A stretch of DNA of 64,000 nt from an uncultured Nitrosomonas sp. (GTDB lineage: Bacteria > Pseudomonadota > Gammaproteobacteria > Burkholderiales > Nitrosomonadaceae): NCBI GenBank assembly GCA_964651625.1, contig CAZYWE010000012.1, positions 1,633 through 65,632 on the forward strand, written 5' to 3'. The position numbers and the translations under genes are program-made. Positions within the stretch are counted from its first letter, which is position 1; every line of letters begins with the position of its first letter. Under the pieces are notes generated by a model, which saw nothing but the letters and a program-made list of their open reading frames with translations, did no database searches and was not told the origin of the DNA. Shown one piece after another: positions 8,895-18,587 of the stretch.

Positions 8895-10430
8895 ATGCAC
8901 GAATATTCCACACTGGCGGCAGTCGATCTGGGTTCCAACAGTTTTCATCTGCAAGTCGCCAGAGTCGCAGAAAGGCAGCTTTATCTGCTGGATAACCTGA
9001 AAGAAATGGTGCAGCTTGCGGCGGGGTTATCTGAAGATCAGTTTCTGGATGAGACATCGCAGGATCGTGCATTGGCCTGTCTGGAGCGGTTTGGTCAGCG
9101 CCTGCGCGGATTCCCGCATCATGCAGTCAGGGTGGTGGGAACAAACTCGCTGCGTGTTGCCCGCAATGCAGCGGATTTTTTGCGCAAAGCTGAAAATGCG
9201 CTGGGTTTTCCGATTGAAATCATTGCCGGGCATGAAGAAGCCCGACTGATTTATCTTGGCGTTGCACACAGCGTACCGGCCTCCGACAATAATCTGCTGG
9301 TAGTTGACATCGGTGGCGGCTCTACCGAGCTGATCATCGGTAACCGGCTGGAATCCAGCAAGCTCGAAAGCCTGCCTATCGGCTGCATCAGCCACAGCCA
9401 GCATTTTTTTTCTGATGGAAAAATCACCAAAGGATCGCTGAAGCGCGCTGAACTGGCTGCACGCACTGAAATACAGGCCGTTGCCGCCAGATTTTCCTCA
9501 TTAAACTGGCAAAAGGCTTACGGTTCTTCCGGAACAGCTCGCGCACTGGCATATATTCTTGCACGCAACGGTTATAACGACGGCAGTAATGAGGAGATCA
9601 TTACGCTCGCAGGGCTGGAGAAGTTACGCGATTTACTGCTCAGGATAGGGGATATCAGGAAGCTGGAAATTGAAGGGCTGAACCCTTCCCGCAGAGCCAT
9701 TATCGCAGGCGGGTTTGCCATCATGTCTGCTGTTTTCACTGAGCTAAACATGGATCGTATGGCGATTGCCAGCGGCGCGCTGCGCGAAGGCGTACTCTAC
9801 GACATGCTGGGGCGCTTCCATAAGGAAGATACGCGCGAGGTATCTGTACAGGAATTCATGCAGCGCTACCGGATCGACCCGGTTCAGGCAACCCGGATTG
9901 AGTCACTTTCGATGATGCTCGGTAAACAGCTTCTGGCAGGCAACCCGGATAAGGAAAAAGTGGAGAATGCGCTGAAAGTGCTTTCATGGGCCGCGCGTTT
10001 ACATGAAATCGGAATTTCGGTAGCGCATACCAGTTACCACAAACATTCGGCCTATATTCTTGAGAACGCTGATATACCGGGTTTTTCCAGGATGGAGCAA
10101 TTCCAGCTAAGTCAGCTTGTGCTCTCACATTACGGGGCACTTGCCAAAGCCCGGGAATTTATAAGCCAGCCTGTCAATCTTGCGCGATCGATGGCGTTAC
10201 GCATTGCCACAATCTTTTATCGCAGCCGCACACATATTGATTTGCCGGATATGGCGCTGTCCGTGAACGGGAAGCGCTATACACTCCAGCTTCCGCAGGT
10301 CTGGCTGGAGCGTAACCCGCTTACGGATACCCTGCTGAATAATGAAACCGGAGTGTGGGCTAAAGTGGATGTTGATTTTCGTATTGAAAACCTGCCTGAG
10401 GGTCATCAGGCCGGATCGGGCGCTGCCTGA
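8895..10430 (+). CDS. ppx: Exopolyphosphatase
   Basis: AAVDLGSNSFH, EEARLIYLGV, DIGGGSTE, LREGVL, LHEIG. Confidence 0.95.
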   Translation: MHEYSTLAAVDLGSNSFHLQVARVAERQLYLLDNLKEMVQLAAGLSEDQFLDETSQDRALACLERFGQRLRGFPHHAVRVVGTNSLRVARNAADFLRKAENALGFPIEIIAGHEEARLIYLGVAHSVPASDNNLLVVDIGGGSTELIIGNRLESSKLESLPIGCISHSQHFFSDGKITKGSLKRAELAARTEIQAVAARFSSLNWQKAYGSSGTARALAYILARNGYNDGSNEEIITLAGLEKLRDLLLRIGDIRKLEIEGLNPSRRAIIAGGFAIMSAVFTELNMDRMAIASGALREGVLYDMLGRFHKEDTREVSVQEFMQRYRIDPVQATRIESLSMMLGKQLLAGNPDKEKVENALKVLSWAARLHEIGISVAHTSYHKHSAYILENADIPGFSRMEQFQLSQLVLSHYGALAKAREFISQPVNLARSMALRIATIFYRSRTHIDLPDMALSVNGKRYTLQLPQVWLERNPLTDTLLNNETGVWAKVDVDFRIENLPEGHQAGSGAA

Positions 10431-10461
10431 AAGCCCGATTCGAATCAACCACTACCCTTTT

Positions 10462-10599
10462 ACCATTACGGGTGGGCCACAGGCTGGCGCAGCAACCCAG
10501 CACCTGTGCCAATAGTTCTGGATTGCTTCATGTCGTTGGCATTCGCAAAGACAGTATTTTCCTCGTCTTCGCGAGTCACATTGTGACGTGGCGATCCAG
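10462..10599. repeat. CGTC-type repeat group between convergent ppx and pilE
   Basis: CTGGATTGCTTC...TCGCAAAGAC (10518-10552), CGTCTTCGCGAG...GTGGCGATCCAG (10564-10599) and a degenerate unit at ~10462-10500. Confidence 0.72.
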
Positions 10600-10675
10600 T
10601 GCTTCTGTAACCGGCTGACAAGATAATGAAAAATTCATGCCGGGTCTCGTGGTTTGCACTGATGAAAATCCCGGC

Positions 10676-11101
10676 TTACCGCTGCCAGCACTCGGTGACA
10701 TTACCGCCTGCTCCCCTGACGCCTGTGTGTGTCAGTGTTAGCGTGCCGCAGGGATCACTTGCCATGGAGCCTGTTGGTACCGCCTCCAGCGTATAGGTGT
10801 TTTGTGCCGGGCCTGCTGCAAACTGGATGGTGTATTTTGCCGTACCTGTTCTGGGTGATTGCGTAACCGGTAGTGTGAAATCTCCGCCACCACCGGTTTT
10901 GTCATAGCGATTGGCCTCGGTGTAATTGCGTTCCAGCAGTTGTGCCATCTCCAGCAGAATACCTTTGGCTTCCGCACGGTTGCCTCGTCGCACATGTTCC
11001 TGATAAGACGGATAGGCGACAGCTGCCAGAATACCAATGATTGCCACCACAACCATTGTCTCAATCAGTGTAAATCCGCGATTTTTTGCATACCTGTCCA
11101 T
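10676..11101 (-). CDS. pilE: Type IV minor pilin PilE
   Basis: [26 protein letters not shown]; C-terminal CG.LTL...G....CW. Confidence 0.9.
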   Translation of the reverse strand: MDRYAKNRGFTLIETMVVVAIIGILAAVAYPSYQEHVRRGNRAEAKGILLEMAQLLERNYTEANRYDKTGGGGDFTLPVTQSPRTGTAKYTIQFAAGPAQNTYTLEAVPTGSMASDPCGTLTLTHTGVRGAGGNVTECWQR

Positions 11102-11172
11102 TTCATCCTGTTCCTTGTTTAATTCAACCTGAAACCCTTCCGGGTTACTTCACCGGTTGTACCATCCCTCGT

Positions 11173-14100
11173 TTACTGTATCTGCTTCCAGGATCGGCGG
11201 GCAGCCGATGCAGCATTACTGATCGTGACTTTCTCAACATTACCGGTTGTGGTTGCCGCAATCAGATGCGTCACACTACCCGCACTGATGGCAACAGATT
11301 CACTGCGAATTCCCTCTGAACCCACTGCGGCAATAATACCGTCGTTACTGTTTAACTTGCCATCACCATTCGTATCGAACTGCGGTTTCTGTATCATCCC
11401 GCCGGTTTCAGCATTCAGCAGCATCAGCCAGTTGCGCCCGCCAGCCTCACAGGGATCAACCGAAGGAATCAGCGTGGTAAAAATAACCCGCCCAAAATTC
11501 AGCATCGGCATAACGACCGAACGCTCTCCTTCTTTCGTCCCATCCGGCCTCTGTAAATCAATATACCAGCCACGTCTGGTTGTCCAGTCAACCGGATTGC
11601 TGGACGACGTTCGCTGCGGGGAGGGTGTGGTGATTTCAGTCAGGATGGCTTGTGACTGCAGCACACTGCGATCCGTTTCCGGAATCCGGCTGCTGCTGCC
11701 ATCATTCCTGTCCCAGATTCCATACAGGCTTTGTATTTTCTTGTCAGTAGTGTCACCCGATGCAACAAACTGACCGGTACCAAAGTAAATCATATACCCC
11801 GCTTTCCTGACAGAGCCTTCCAGGTGGTAGCCGATTTCCAGGGGTGATGTAATCGGCTGCACCTGATTGCTGCCATTTCTGGCGGTAAAGAGTGGCAACC
11901 CGGTACAGCCGGATTTGTATGCTACGCTCCATTGCGCAGAATCTGTTTGTGACAGATCAAATTTCCATACATTTCCCTGTAGATCGCCCGCGTAAATATA
12001 GTCAATGGTTTTATCGTCATTGATATCCACCAGTGCTGGTGTGGAAAGACCATTGCTTGTACTGCTATTGGTTGGAATTTTTTTGATCAATGCACCTGTC
12101 TGCAGATCGACAATAAACAGAAAAGCTTTATCACCCGTGCTGTTATAGCCATTACCGATAATAGCCGCCCAGGCACCATTATTCAGGCGTGCAATTTTTG
12201 CCTGACCATGAATAAAACCCAGATCAGCATCGGTAAATTCCCACAATACATTGGATGCAGAAAAATGGACCGGATCGGTAATGTCCAGCGCAAACACACT
12301 TTTACCGCCCCCTCCCAGCGTTCCCAGCAACACCGTTTTCCAGGCAGGGGTGGTGCCGATATAGGCATCTCCGGCATAGGCGTTGCCATCAACCAGATAG
12401 CGGTGTGTGTAACTGGTCGAAGTAAGCCGGCTTAAATCTGAATAAATTGTAGATGGAACGTAAGCAAATAACTCTACACCCGTCTCAGCGTTAAACGCAT
12501 GCAACATACCCTCATTTGCACCGGTATAAATAACAGGGGTACGGCTGTTATTGGCTTTCCTGAAAGTATGGTAAGACGACTGGCCCGGTGTTCCGGCCGG
12601 CAGAAAATCGTAACCAAAATCCAGTGATTTGATATGCAGCAGATCCGAATTGACGATGTCACCCAGCACGCCGTTATTGCGATTCCGGAAAGTGCCACCC
12701 TGTACTATTTCAGTTGCTTTATCACCACGCAGCCAGCCAATGCGGGCGATCCCTTTCCCATCATTTACTCCGGATATATTTTTGTTCAGCGCCGCTTGCT
12801 GTGCGGCAGAGAGTGAAGAAAAGTTGGCCGCGGTAAATGCCAGGGCAGTCGTCCCGTTATGGGTAAGAATTGAGCGATTGGAATGTGCAGGCAGCTGCTC
12901 GGACGCTTCCCATTGCAATGCACCCAGTGATGCATCGGACTGAAGGTTGAATGCCAGCAGTTGCCCACTCCAGTCAGCACTGTTGAACTTTGCCTGGTAA
13001 ATCTGTGCGCCGGTATTGAGCCGGCTGGTGTTGGTGGTGACTGCTGCGGCTGAACTGATTCTGGCAGTGATGTTGGTCAGCGCATTCGTGAGTCCGGTGG
13101 CAAAGGTGGCCGGGTCCTGTGCACTGAAAAACTCACCCCGGCTGTTGACAGCAGCATGCCAGAGATCATCAATTTTTGCGGTTTCCGTCGCTGTTGGGTT
13201 TGGCCAGCCAGCTGGCCCGCCAGCGCTGCCTGGCAAGCTGGTCAGCGATCCCTGCACACCCAGCCCAACCGTAAAATTGACCAGATGCTGCCAGAAGGCC
13301 GGGTCTTTGGCATTGGCTGGAACCCTGTTGGCCAGATCAGTGCGCAGATCGGTTTTCCAATAGTACATCGCTACATCGGCCAGGGTGTTTTTATAACCGT
13401 CTTTGTAGGGCAGAGCTGGTTTGTACTGATAAGTTGCCGGTGTGGCGTTGGCAGTCCCATTTATAATGGCAGTGCCGTCACTGCCATCTGCGTTGTTTAC
13501 TCCCGTATAAGAATCGTTCCAGTAACCATCGGTCATCAGGATATGGTAATTCTGCCGGCAGACTGGCTGAATACTGTCAGTGCCTCCCACGCCCGGTTTG
13601 TCGCTCCATGGCCCTTTGGCATCGTTACGCCTTAAGTATTCACCTACTCCCTTCAGTGCAGTGCGCAGTGGCGTTCCCTGGGCCGGGATGGTGTGCCCAT
13701 AAAGTTTATCGAAGAAATCAGCTTTATCCGCTCCATCAAACAGCCGGACACCGGTAATCAGAGTTTCCGTAGATACCCCATCTATACTGGTGCTTCCCTT
13801 GTTGATCGCGCCAAAGGCCGCACGCATGTTTTTATTCTGCGCAGCAAAAGCCCGGCCTGCACCAGCCCGTGCCAGCAACACCCGGGAACGGTAATAAGTG
13901 TACCAGTTGGCAAAATTCTGGATTTCCTCGTCGTAGGTGCATATTGGTACCGCTGCACAATCGGTACGGCCAAGCCCCCCGGTATAGGTCTTGCCGGATC
14001 TGATTTCAACTTGCGTATAACTACCGGCTGAATCGATGCTACCGCTTCCCTTATATTGGAAATAAACTGCCGGAAAAAATGTTTGGCTCTCTGTCTTCAG

Positions 14101-14619
14101 GGTGTTATTACTCTGCAGCCAGCTTACGTTCGCAGTGTTGTTTTCAGTCAGATTGCGGCAGTCTTTGGTAGGATCATTTTTATTGGGGACGAGCCATGGA
14201 TTATGCGGTGCACACGTAACACTGGCATTATCCATCAAGGATCCATCCGCTTTGCTCCATGGCAGGTAGCGCACCTCCGGGTTGTAGTAAATTTTATTGA
14301 CATGACTGGAACGTAATTTAGCCGTATAGTCATTATTTGCATCAAAACCAACCACATAGTTACTGTAGGTATCATCCCCATAAGTGCCCGTTCTAACGGG
14401 ATAAACAAAGCGTACATCTTTTGTAATCAATCCCTCCGGCATGATTTCAAACTGCATTGAGCCGGAGTCATCCAGGGTAAAAATGACGTTAGGATGGACT
14501 GCACTGGTCAGGAACAGCGGCACGTCAGACAGGCTCATCGCTGACCAGGCAGGCAAGGGCAGCAAAGCAAACATCAATCCCGCCAGCCAGTTTTTTTTCA
14601 CGTTATAAATACTGTTCAC
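11173..14619 (-). CDS. pilY1: Type IV pilus adhesin PilY1
   Basis: Signal peptide, LDDSGSM vWA-like start, FANWYTYYRSR, YAGDLQGNVWKFDL, Ca-loop DINDDKTID. Confidence 0.93.
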   Translation of the reverse strand: MNSIYNVKKNWLAGLMFALLPLPAWSAMSLSDVPLFLTSAVHPNVIFTLDDSGSMQFEIMPEGLITKDVRFVYPVRTGTYGDDTYSNYVVGFDANNDYTAKLRSSHVNKIYYNPEVRYLPWSKADGSLMDNASVTCAPHNPWLVPNKNDPTKDCRNLTENNTANVSWLQSNNTLKTESQTFFPAVYFQYKGSGSIDSAGSYTQVEIRSGKTYTGGLGRTDCAAVPICTYDEEIQNFANWYTYYRSRVLLARAGAGRAFAAQNKNMRAAFGAINKGSTSIDGVSTETLITGVRLFDGADKADFFDKLYGHTIPAQGTPLRTALKGVGEYLRRNDAKGPWSDKPGVGGTDSIQPVCRQNYHILMTDGYWNDSYTGVNNADGSDGTAIINGTANATPATYQYKPALPYKDGYKNTLADVAMYYWKTDLRTDLANRVPANAKDPAFWQHLVNFTVGLGVQGSLTSLPGSAGGPAGWPNPTATETAKIDDLWHAAVNSRGEFFSAQDPATFATGLTNALTNITARISSAAAVTTNTSRLNTGAQIYQAKFNSADWSGQLLAFNLQSDASLGALQWEASEQLPAHSNRSILTHNGTTALAFTAANFSSLSAAQQAALNKNISGVNDGKGIARIGWLRGDKATEIVQGGTFRNRNNGVLGDIVNSDLLHIKSLDFGYDFLPAGTPGQSSYHTFRKANNSRTPVIYTGANEGMLHAFNAETGVELFAYVPSTIYSDLSRLTSTSYTHRYLVDGNAYAGDAYIGTTPAWKTVLLGTLGGGGKSVFALDITDPVHFSASNVLWEFTDADLGFIHGQAKIARLNNGAWAAIIGNGYNSTGDKAFLFIVDLQTGALIKKIPTNSSTSNGLSTPALVDINDDKTIDYIYAGDLQGNVWKFDLSQTDSAQWSVAYKSGCTGLPLFTARNGSNQVQPITSPLEIGYHLEGSVRKAGYMIYFGTGQFVASGDTTDKKIQSLYGIWDRNDGSSSRIPETDRSVLQSQAILTEITTPSPQRTSSSNPVDWTTRRGWYIDLQRPDGTKEGERSVVMPMLNFGRVIFTTLIPSVDPCEAGGRNWLMLLNAETGGMIQKPQFDTNGDGKLNSNDGIIAAVGSEGIRSESVAISAGSVTHLIAATTTGNVEKVTISNAASAARRSWKQIQ

Positions 14620-14641
14620 CCCGGGCTCCTTTATTCCTTTT

Positions 14642-15223
14642 TTATCGCTGATAAGTACTTTGCAGGATGGCTGCTGTTGTATCGTTTCCCCCTACGCCAC
14701 GAGCGACAATGCGAAAGATGCTTGCTGTTTGTAACGAGCCGGACTGCTGGGCACTGCCACTGTTGCCCATGAGTGAAATATTGGGGAGCTGTTCGATGAA
14801 ATAGCGCGGCTGGCTGGCTACACCATCTGTTTCAATCTCAGCGGAGCGGGTTTTTGCTGCATCAGACCAGTCGCTGGCAGACCATGTGGCAGGGTTTTCC
14901 GGGGCACAGGCATTACCTGTACTTCCTGCAGTGTCACTCGCTTCATCTCCTGCTCCGGATTCAGATCCCCAGCAGTCTGCATAGTAATAAAGGCCATCCG
15001 AGCCGTTAAATTCCGGGATGGTGACCTGTTCAAGAAAACGCTCTCCTGAGCGCAGGGCGGCTTCTGCTGCCTGAAAGGCGAGCGTTTCGTCACGCAGGTT
15101 ACCTGCCATTTTTTCTTCCAGCAGCGTCCCCTGCATGGCAGTTGTGCCAATCAGCATCAGGATGACCAGAAAGATCAGCCCGGTTATCAGCACGGCACCC
15201 CGCTGTGTGGAAGCAGAATTCAT
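14642..15223 (-). CDS. pilX: Type IV minor pilin PilX (frame stays open upstream to 15724)
   Basis: QRG|AVLITGLIFLVIL prepilin site, LEEKMAGN, AFQAAEAALR. Confidence 0.88.
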   Translation of the reverse strand: MNSASTQRGAVLITGLIFLVILMLIGTTAMQGTLLEEKMAGNLRDETLAFQAAEAALRSGERFLEQVTIPEFNGSDGLYYYADCWGSESGAGDEASDTAGSTGNACAPENPATWSASDWSDAAKTRSAEIETDGVASQPRYFIEQLPNISLMGNSGSAQQSGSLQTASIFRIVARGVGGNDTTAAILQSTYQR

Positions 15224-15234
15224 TCCGCTGGCAT

Positions 15235-15499
15235 GAAGCAACCCGGTAGCTGGGACGACAGGAATACTGGATCGCCGCACTGCTGCGCAGCTCGCGATGA
15301 CGGCGTTTTTATGGGTCACAGAAGGATTGACTGTTAGTGATATACGCAGCCGCAGTTTATCAAGCGCCTTTGCAGGCTGATTTGTCATCGCGAGACCCTT
15401 GGGATCGTGGCGAACCAGAGGTGTCGGAGGAAGCAACCCGGTAGCTGGGGAGGCAGGAATACTGGATCGCCACGCTGCTGCGCAGCTCGCGATGACGGC
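15235..15499. repeat. Two 70-bp direct repeats (15235-15304, 15430-15499) each ending in a CGTC repeat, with an oppositely oriented unit at ~15384-15418
   Basis: 65/70 identical by manual alignment; offset 195 bp, a multiple of 3. Confidence 0.88.
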
Positions 15500-15738
15500 T
15501 AAAGGATTGCAGCGCGGCGCGTGATGAGGGCAGGTTTGGGTGCGTGGTGCGATGGCAGCAGGCGCATGCACAGTCTGCGATACACCTTCTGAATTATCGT
15601 GAATAAACCGTACTTTAACCGTAAACGAAATACGCCGAGCTGAAGGGTCAATTCGTCCATACCTGAAAAACTGATCTTTTTTGCTGCTGGAGTCTGCTGA
15701 AACATTTGCATCCATATTTTCCACTCTTCACAAGATAA

Positions 15739-16746
15739 TCAGGAGGCCCGATTGCGCAGAGAAATCACGGTAGAAAATACCTGGCGTAATCGCCGATCTG
15801 CCGGTGTAACGCTTGCACCGTTAAATACATACGACTGAGGTCGGCTGGTGATGCCATCTTCTACCGATTGAGCCAGCAGATCGATACGCACGCTGACTAC
15901 GGCATTCCAGTTTGTTACTGCGTTTGCGGTGCGGTAAATATCGGCTGCCCGATCTTCGTTGGTGTCTTCTCCATACAGGATTTGCATGTTTTCTATACCC
16001 TCGACCAGTTCTTCGGCTGGATTTTCTCCTCTCCGCCAAAAAAGTGAGGGAATTCCGCGCGGATTCGTCCGGATGTAGTAAGCCCTTGTGCTGACTCGCA
16101 CCACTTCGCCTCCTGTAAATAATCTGCCCAGTGCTGCTGTGGCGTTTGGTTCACCAGCGCCGTTAGCGTGTGCGATGATTTTTTGCCCGGATACGTTGCT
16201 GACGTTTGTAGCCTGAAAGATAGTGGCGCCCTGGCAGTTACTTGCCAGTACCGCATTCCCGGCTTCAATATCGCTGTCAGCTGCAACAGCCAGATCAGCC
16301 GATTCAGATGTATGTGAAATTACTCTGGCGTTGGCGCCGTCCACCCCGCGCATCACAATGACATCCCGGCCTCCCAGCGGAATAGTAATTTCAGACGGTA
16401 GGGCAGGTGTCCAGCCGCTTGCGCTGGTTGCTTCAAATCCTTCCAGAGATTGATCCAGTTTCCATAAAAACTCTGTTGCTTTACTGAGAACGTTATCTGT
16501 CCCGGCGTTATTGCCTACACATCCCCGGTACCCAGCCATGCGAATATCACGCGATAACAGCTGAAAGGCATAGCGGGCGTTTTCCTGCATGCGTGACATC
16601 GCCTCGTTGACGCGGTAAGTGCTCTTGCTGGAAATCAGCACTGTGACTACACCGCCAAGAAGAATCATGCCAATGGTCATGGCAATCATCATTTCCACCA
16701 GGGTTAATCCCTTTTGATTCCATGCGGATTTTGGGTGTATGTGCAT
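15739..16746 (-). CDS. pilW: Type IV minor pilin PilW
   Basis: QKGLTLVEMMIA, QENARYA...L.RDIRMAGY, ELVEGIENMQILYG, ends SLRN. Confidence 0.92.
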   Translation of the reverse strand: MHIHPKSAWNQKGLTLVEMMIAMTIGMILLGGVVTVLISSKSTYRVNEAMSRMQENARYAFQLLSRDIRMAGYRGCVGNNAGTDNVLSKATEFLWKLDQSLEGFEATSASGWTPALPSEITIPLGGRDVIVMRGVDGANARVISHTSESADLAVAADSDIEAGNAVLASNCQGATIFQATNVSNVSGQKIIAHANGAGEPNATAALGRLFTGGEVVRVSTRAYYIRTNPRGIPSLFWRRGENPAEELVEGIENMQILYGEDTNEDRAADIYRTANAVTNWNAVVSVRIDLLAQSVEDGITSRPQSYVFNGASVTPADRRLRQVFSTVISLRNRAS

Positions 16747-16767
16747 ATCCTTTATCTCGCCACCTTG

Positions 16768-17214
16768 TTACAGCTGTGTTGTCATGACGAACTGCTGCGC
16801 AGCCATAGCGCCACGGCTGTCATCCCATTGAATCAGGACAGTTACCTTGTTACCCGCATCGACTGCAATGCCTCCCGTGCCTTCTGGCAATCGCAGGGCA
16901 AGCTCATTGAGCCAGTTGTTCATATCCAGTACGGAGAGGGTGCTTCCAGAAGGTGCTGCATCTTCCGGTGAATGGTTGTAACTGCCTGCACCTGCTTCAA
17001 CCCGGTTGGCGCGCATGCTGTCCAGGATGTTGTAAGCCATCATGGAGGCAGTTGAGCGAAAGTTGGCGCTCTGGTTATGCCTCAGCCCGGCTGTTTGCAG
17101 TCCGGCCAGCCCCAGTAATCCGATAGACAGAATGATGATGGACACCAGCACTTCAATCATGCTGACGCCTGTTTGAGTGCGGAATGAATGAGATCTCTGG
17201 TGAAAATTCAGCAT
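16768..17214 (-). CDS. pilV: Type IV minor pilin PilV
   Basis: GVSMIEVLVSIIILSIGLLGLAGLQ, ILDSMRAN. Confidence 0.92.
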   Translation of the reverse strand: MLNFHQRSHSFRTQTGVSMIEVLVSIIILSIGLLGLAGLQTAGLRHNQSANFRSTASMMAYNILDSMRANRVEAGAGSYNHSPEDAAPSGSTLSVLDMNNWLNELALRLPEGTGGIAVDAGNKVTVLIQWDDSRGAMAAQQFVMTTQL

Positions 17215-17741
17215 GACGGTACTTTCTCCACTCTGGGACGACCTGAATTATTTATAACGATGTTGCGCCCGCTGGCCTGATAACACAGACTGAACACCCC
17301 GTTGGGCAGATTGCCATTTCCCTGGCTGCGCCCGCTGGGCAGATAGGAAACCCAGTTACCGAAATTTGATCCGCCACCCAGTGTGCTGCCTGTTATTTTT
17401 GGGAAAACCCGCAATATTTCATCTGTGCCATCGACAGATCCGGCAGCACCGGTATCACTGAAAATCAGCCAGCCGTCCTGCCAGTTGCTGCCGTTGTTAC
17501 AGGCCGATCCATCTGAACTTTTGCAAATGGTGACCCTGACACTGCGCTTTACCGCTTCAGAACGGGCGTAATGCAGGGCAGTCATCAGTTCATTTGCCTG
17601 CGTGGTCAATCTGGAATCGCGCATCAGGGACTGATAGTTCGGCACTGCCACGGCAAGCAGGATGGAGGCAATGCTGACGGTGATCATCAGCTCAACCAGG
17701 GTAAAACCTTTGCTGTTTGTTTCAGACATCTCTGCTTTCAT
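17208..17741 (-). CDS. fimT: FimT/FimU-family minor pilin
   Basis: KGFTLVELMIT, ARSEAVKR...VTIC, W.DGWLIF. Confidence 0.85.
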   Translation of the reverse strand: MKAEMSETNSKGFTLVELMITVSIASILLAVAVPNYQSLMRDSRLTTQANELMTALHYARSEAVKRSVRVTICKSSDGSACNNGSNWQDGWLIFSDTGAAGSVDGTDEILRVFPKITGSTLGGGSNFGNWVSYLPSGRSQGNGNLPNGVFSLCYQASGRNIVINNSGRPRVEKVPSC

Positions 17742-17923
17742 AAATAGAACTGATATTTTTCAGAGGTTCTACGGTTTAACGACGGTTGCCGTGGCAACTT
17801 TAATTCCCGTAAATCCATCTTTTGATGTACTGCTTCGAAATTGTCGTGATTGAAATTCAGTAACCGGGAGCGGGTGATAGAATCCGGGGATTATTTTCGG
17901 TAAACAGGTGGGTAAATCGTAAA

Positions 17924-18328
17924 ATGATCGGCATTCTGATCATCAGTCATGAGCAGTCAGGCGCCAGTCTGATTGACTGTATCGTACATATCCTGGGAGA
18001 ACATCCTCCCCTGCTGGCCAATTATGTGGTCTCTCCCGCGGCAGATCCGGATGTTGACGTTGCCAGATTGCAGGTAATGCTTAAACAGCTCGATCAGGGG
18101 GAGGGCGTTCTGATTCTGACGGATGTGCTTGGCGCGACGCCGGCCAATATCGCTTGCCGGCTGATCCGCAACGGGCATATTGAATGCCTGTCCGGACTGA
18201 ATCTGCCGATGTTGCTGCGAGCTGTGCAATATCGGCATTTGTCCTTGCCACAGCTGATTGACAAAGCCCTGGCGGGTGGCCGGGAAAATATTATTCAGCT
18301 ATCCCCGGAAAACGATAATGCAAACTGA
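17924..18328 (+). CDS. PTS EIIA mannose/fructose-type component
   Basis: MIGILIISH, LILTD..GATP.N, GLNLPMLL. Confidence 0.9.
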   Translation: MIGILIISHEQSGASLIDCIVHILGEHPPLLANYVVSPAADPDVDVARLQVMLKQLDQGEGVLILTDVLGATPANIACRLIRNGHIECLSGLNLPMLLRAVQYRHLSLPQLIDKALAGGRENIIQLSPENDNAN

Positions 18329-18587
18329 ATCACTGACCATTCGTAACAAGCTGGGTCTGCATGCGCGCGCCTCAGCCAAACTGACAAAACTGGCGGGTGA
18401 ATTTGAGAGTGAAGTCTGGTTGACACGTAATGGCCGCCGGGTAAATGCGAAAAGTATCATGGGTGTCATGACGCTTGCTGCCAGCAAAAATACAGTTGTT
18501 GAGCTGGAAATTTCCGGCCCCGATGAAGTTCAGGCCATGGAGGCATTAAAAATCCTGATCAATGATTATTTCGGGGAAGGGGAATGA
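18318..18587 (+). CDS. ptsH: Phosphocarrier HPr/NPr
   Basis: GLHARAS (His15), NAKSIMGVM (Ser46); ATG at 18318. Confidence 0.93.
   Translation: MQTESLTIRNKLGLHARASAKLTKLAGEFESEVWLTRNGRRVNAKSIMGVMTLAASKNTVVELEISGPDEVQAMEALKILINDYFGEGE

Noticed and set aside
17757-17770. CAGAGGTTCT resembling a MITE terminus upstream of fimT
   Set aside because: Short match with no partner terminus or internal element sequence
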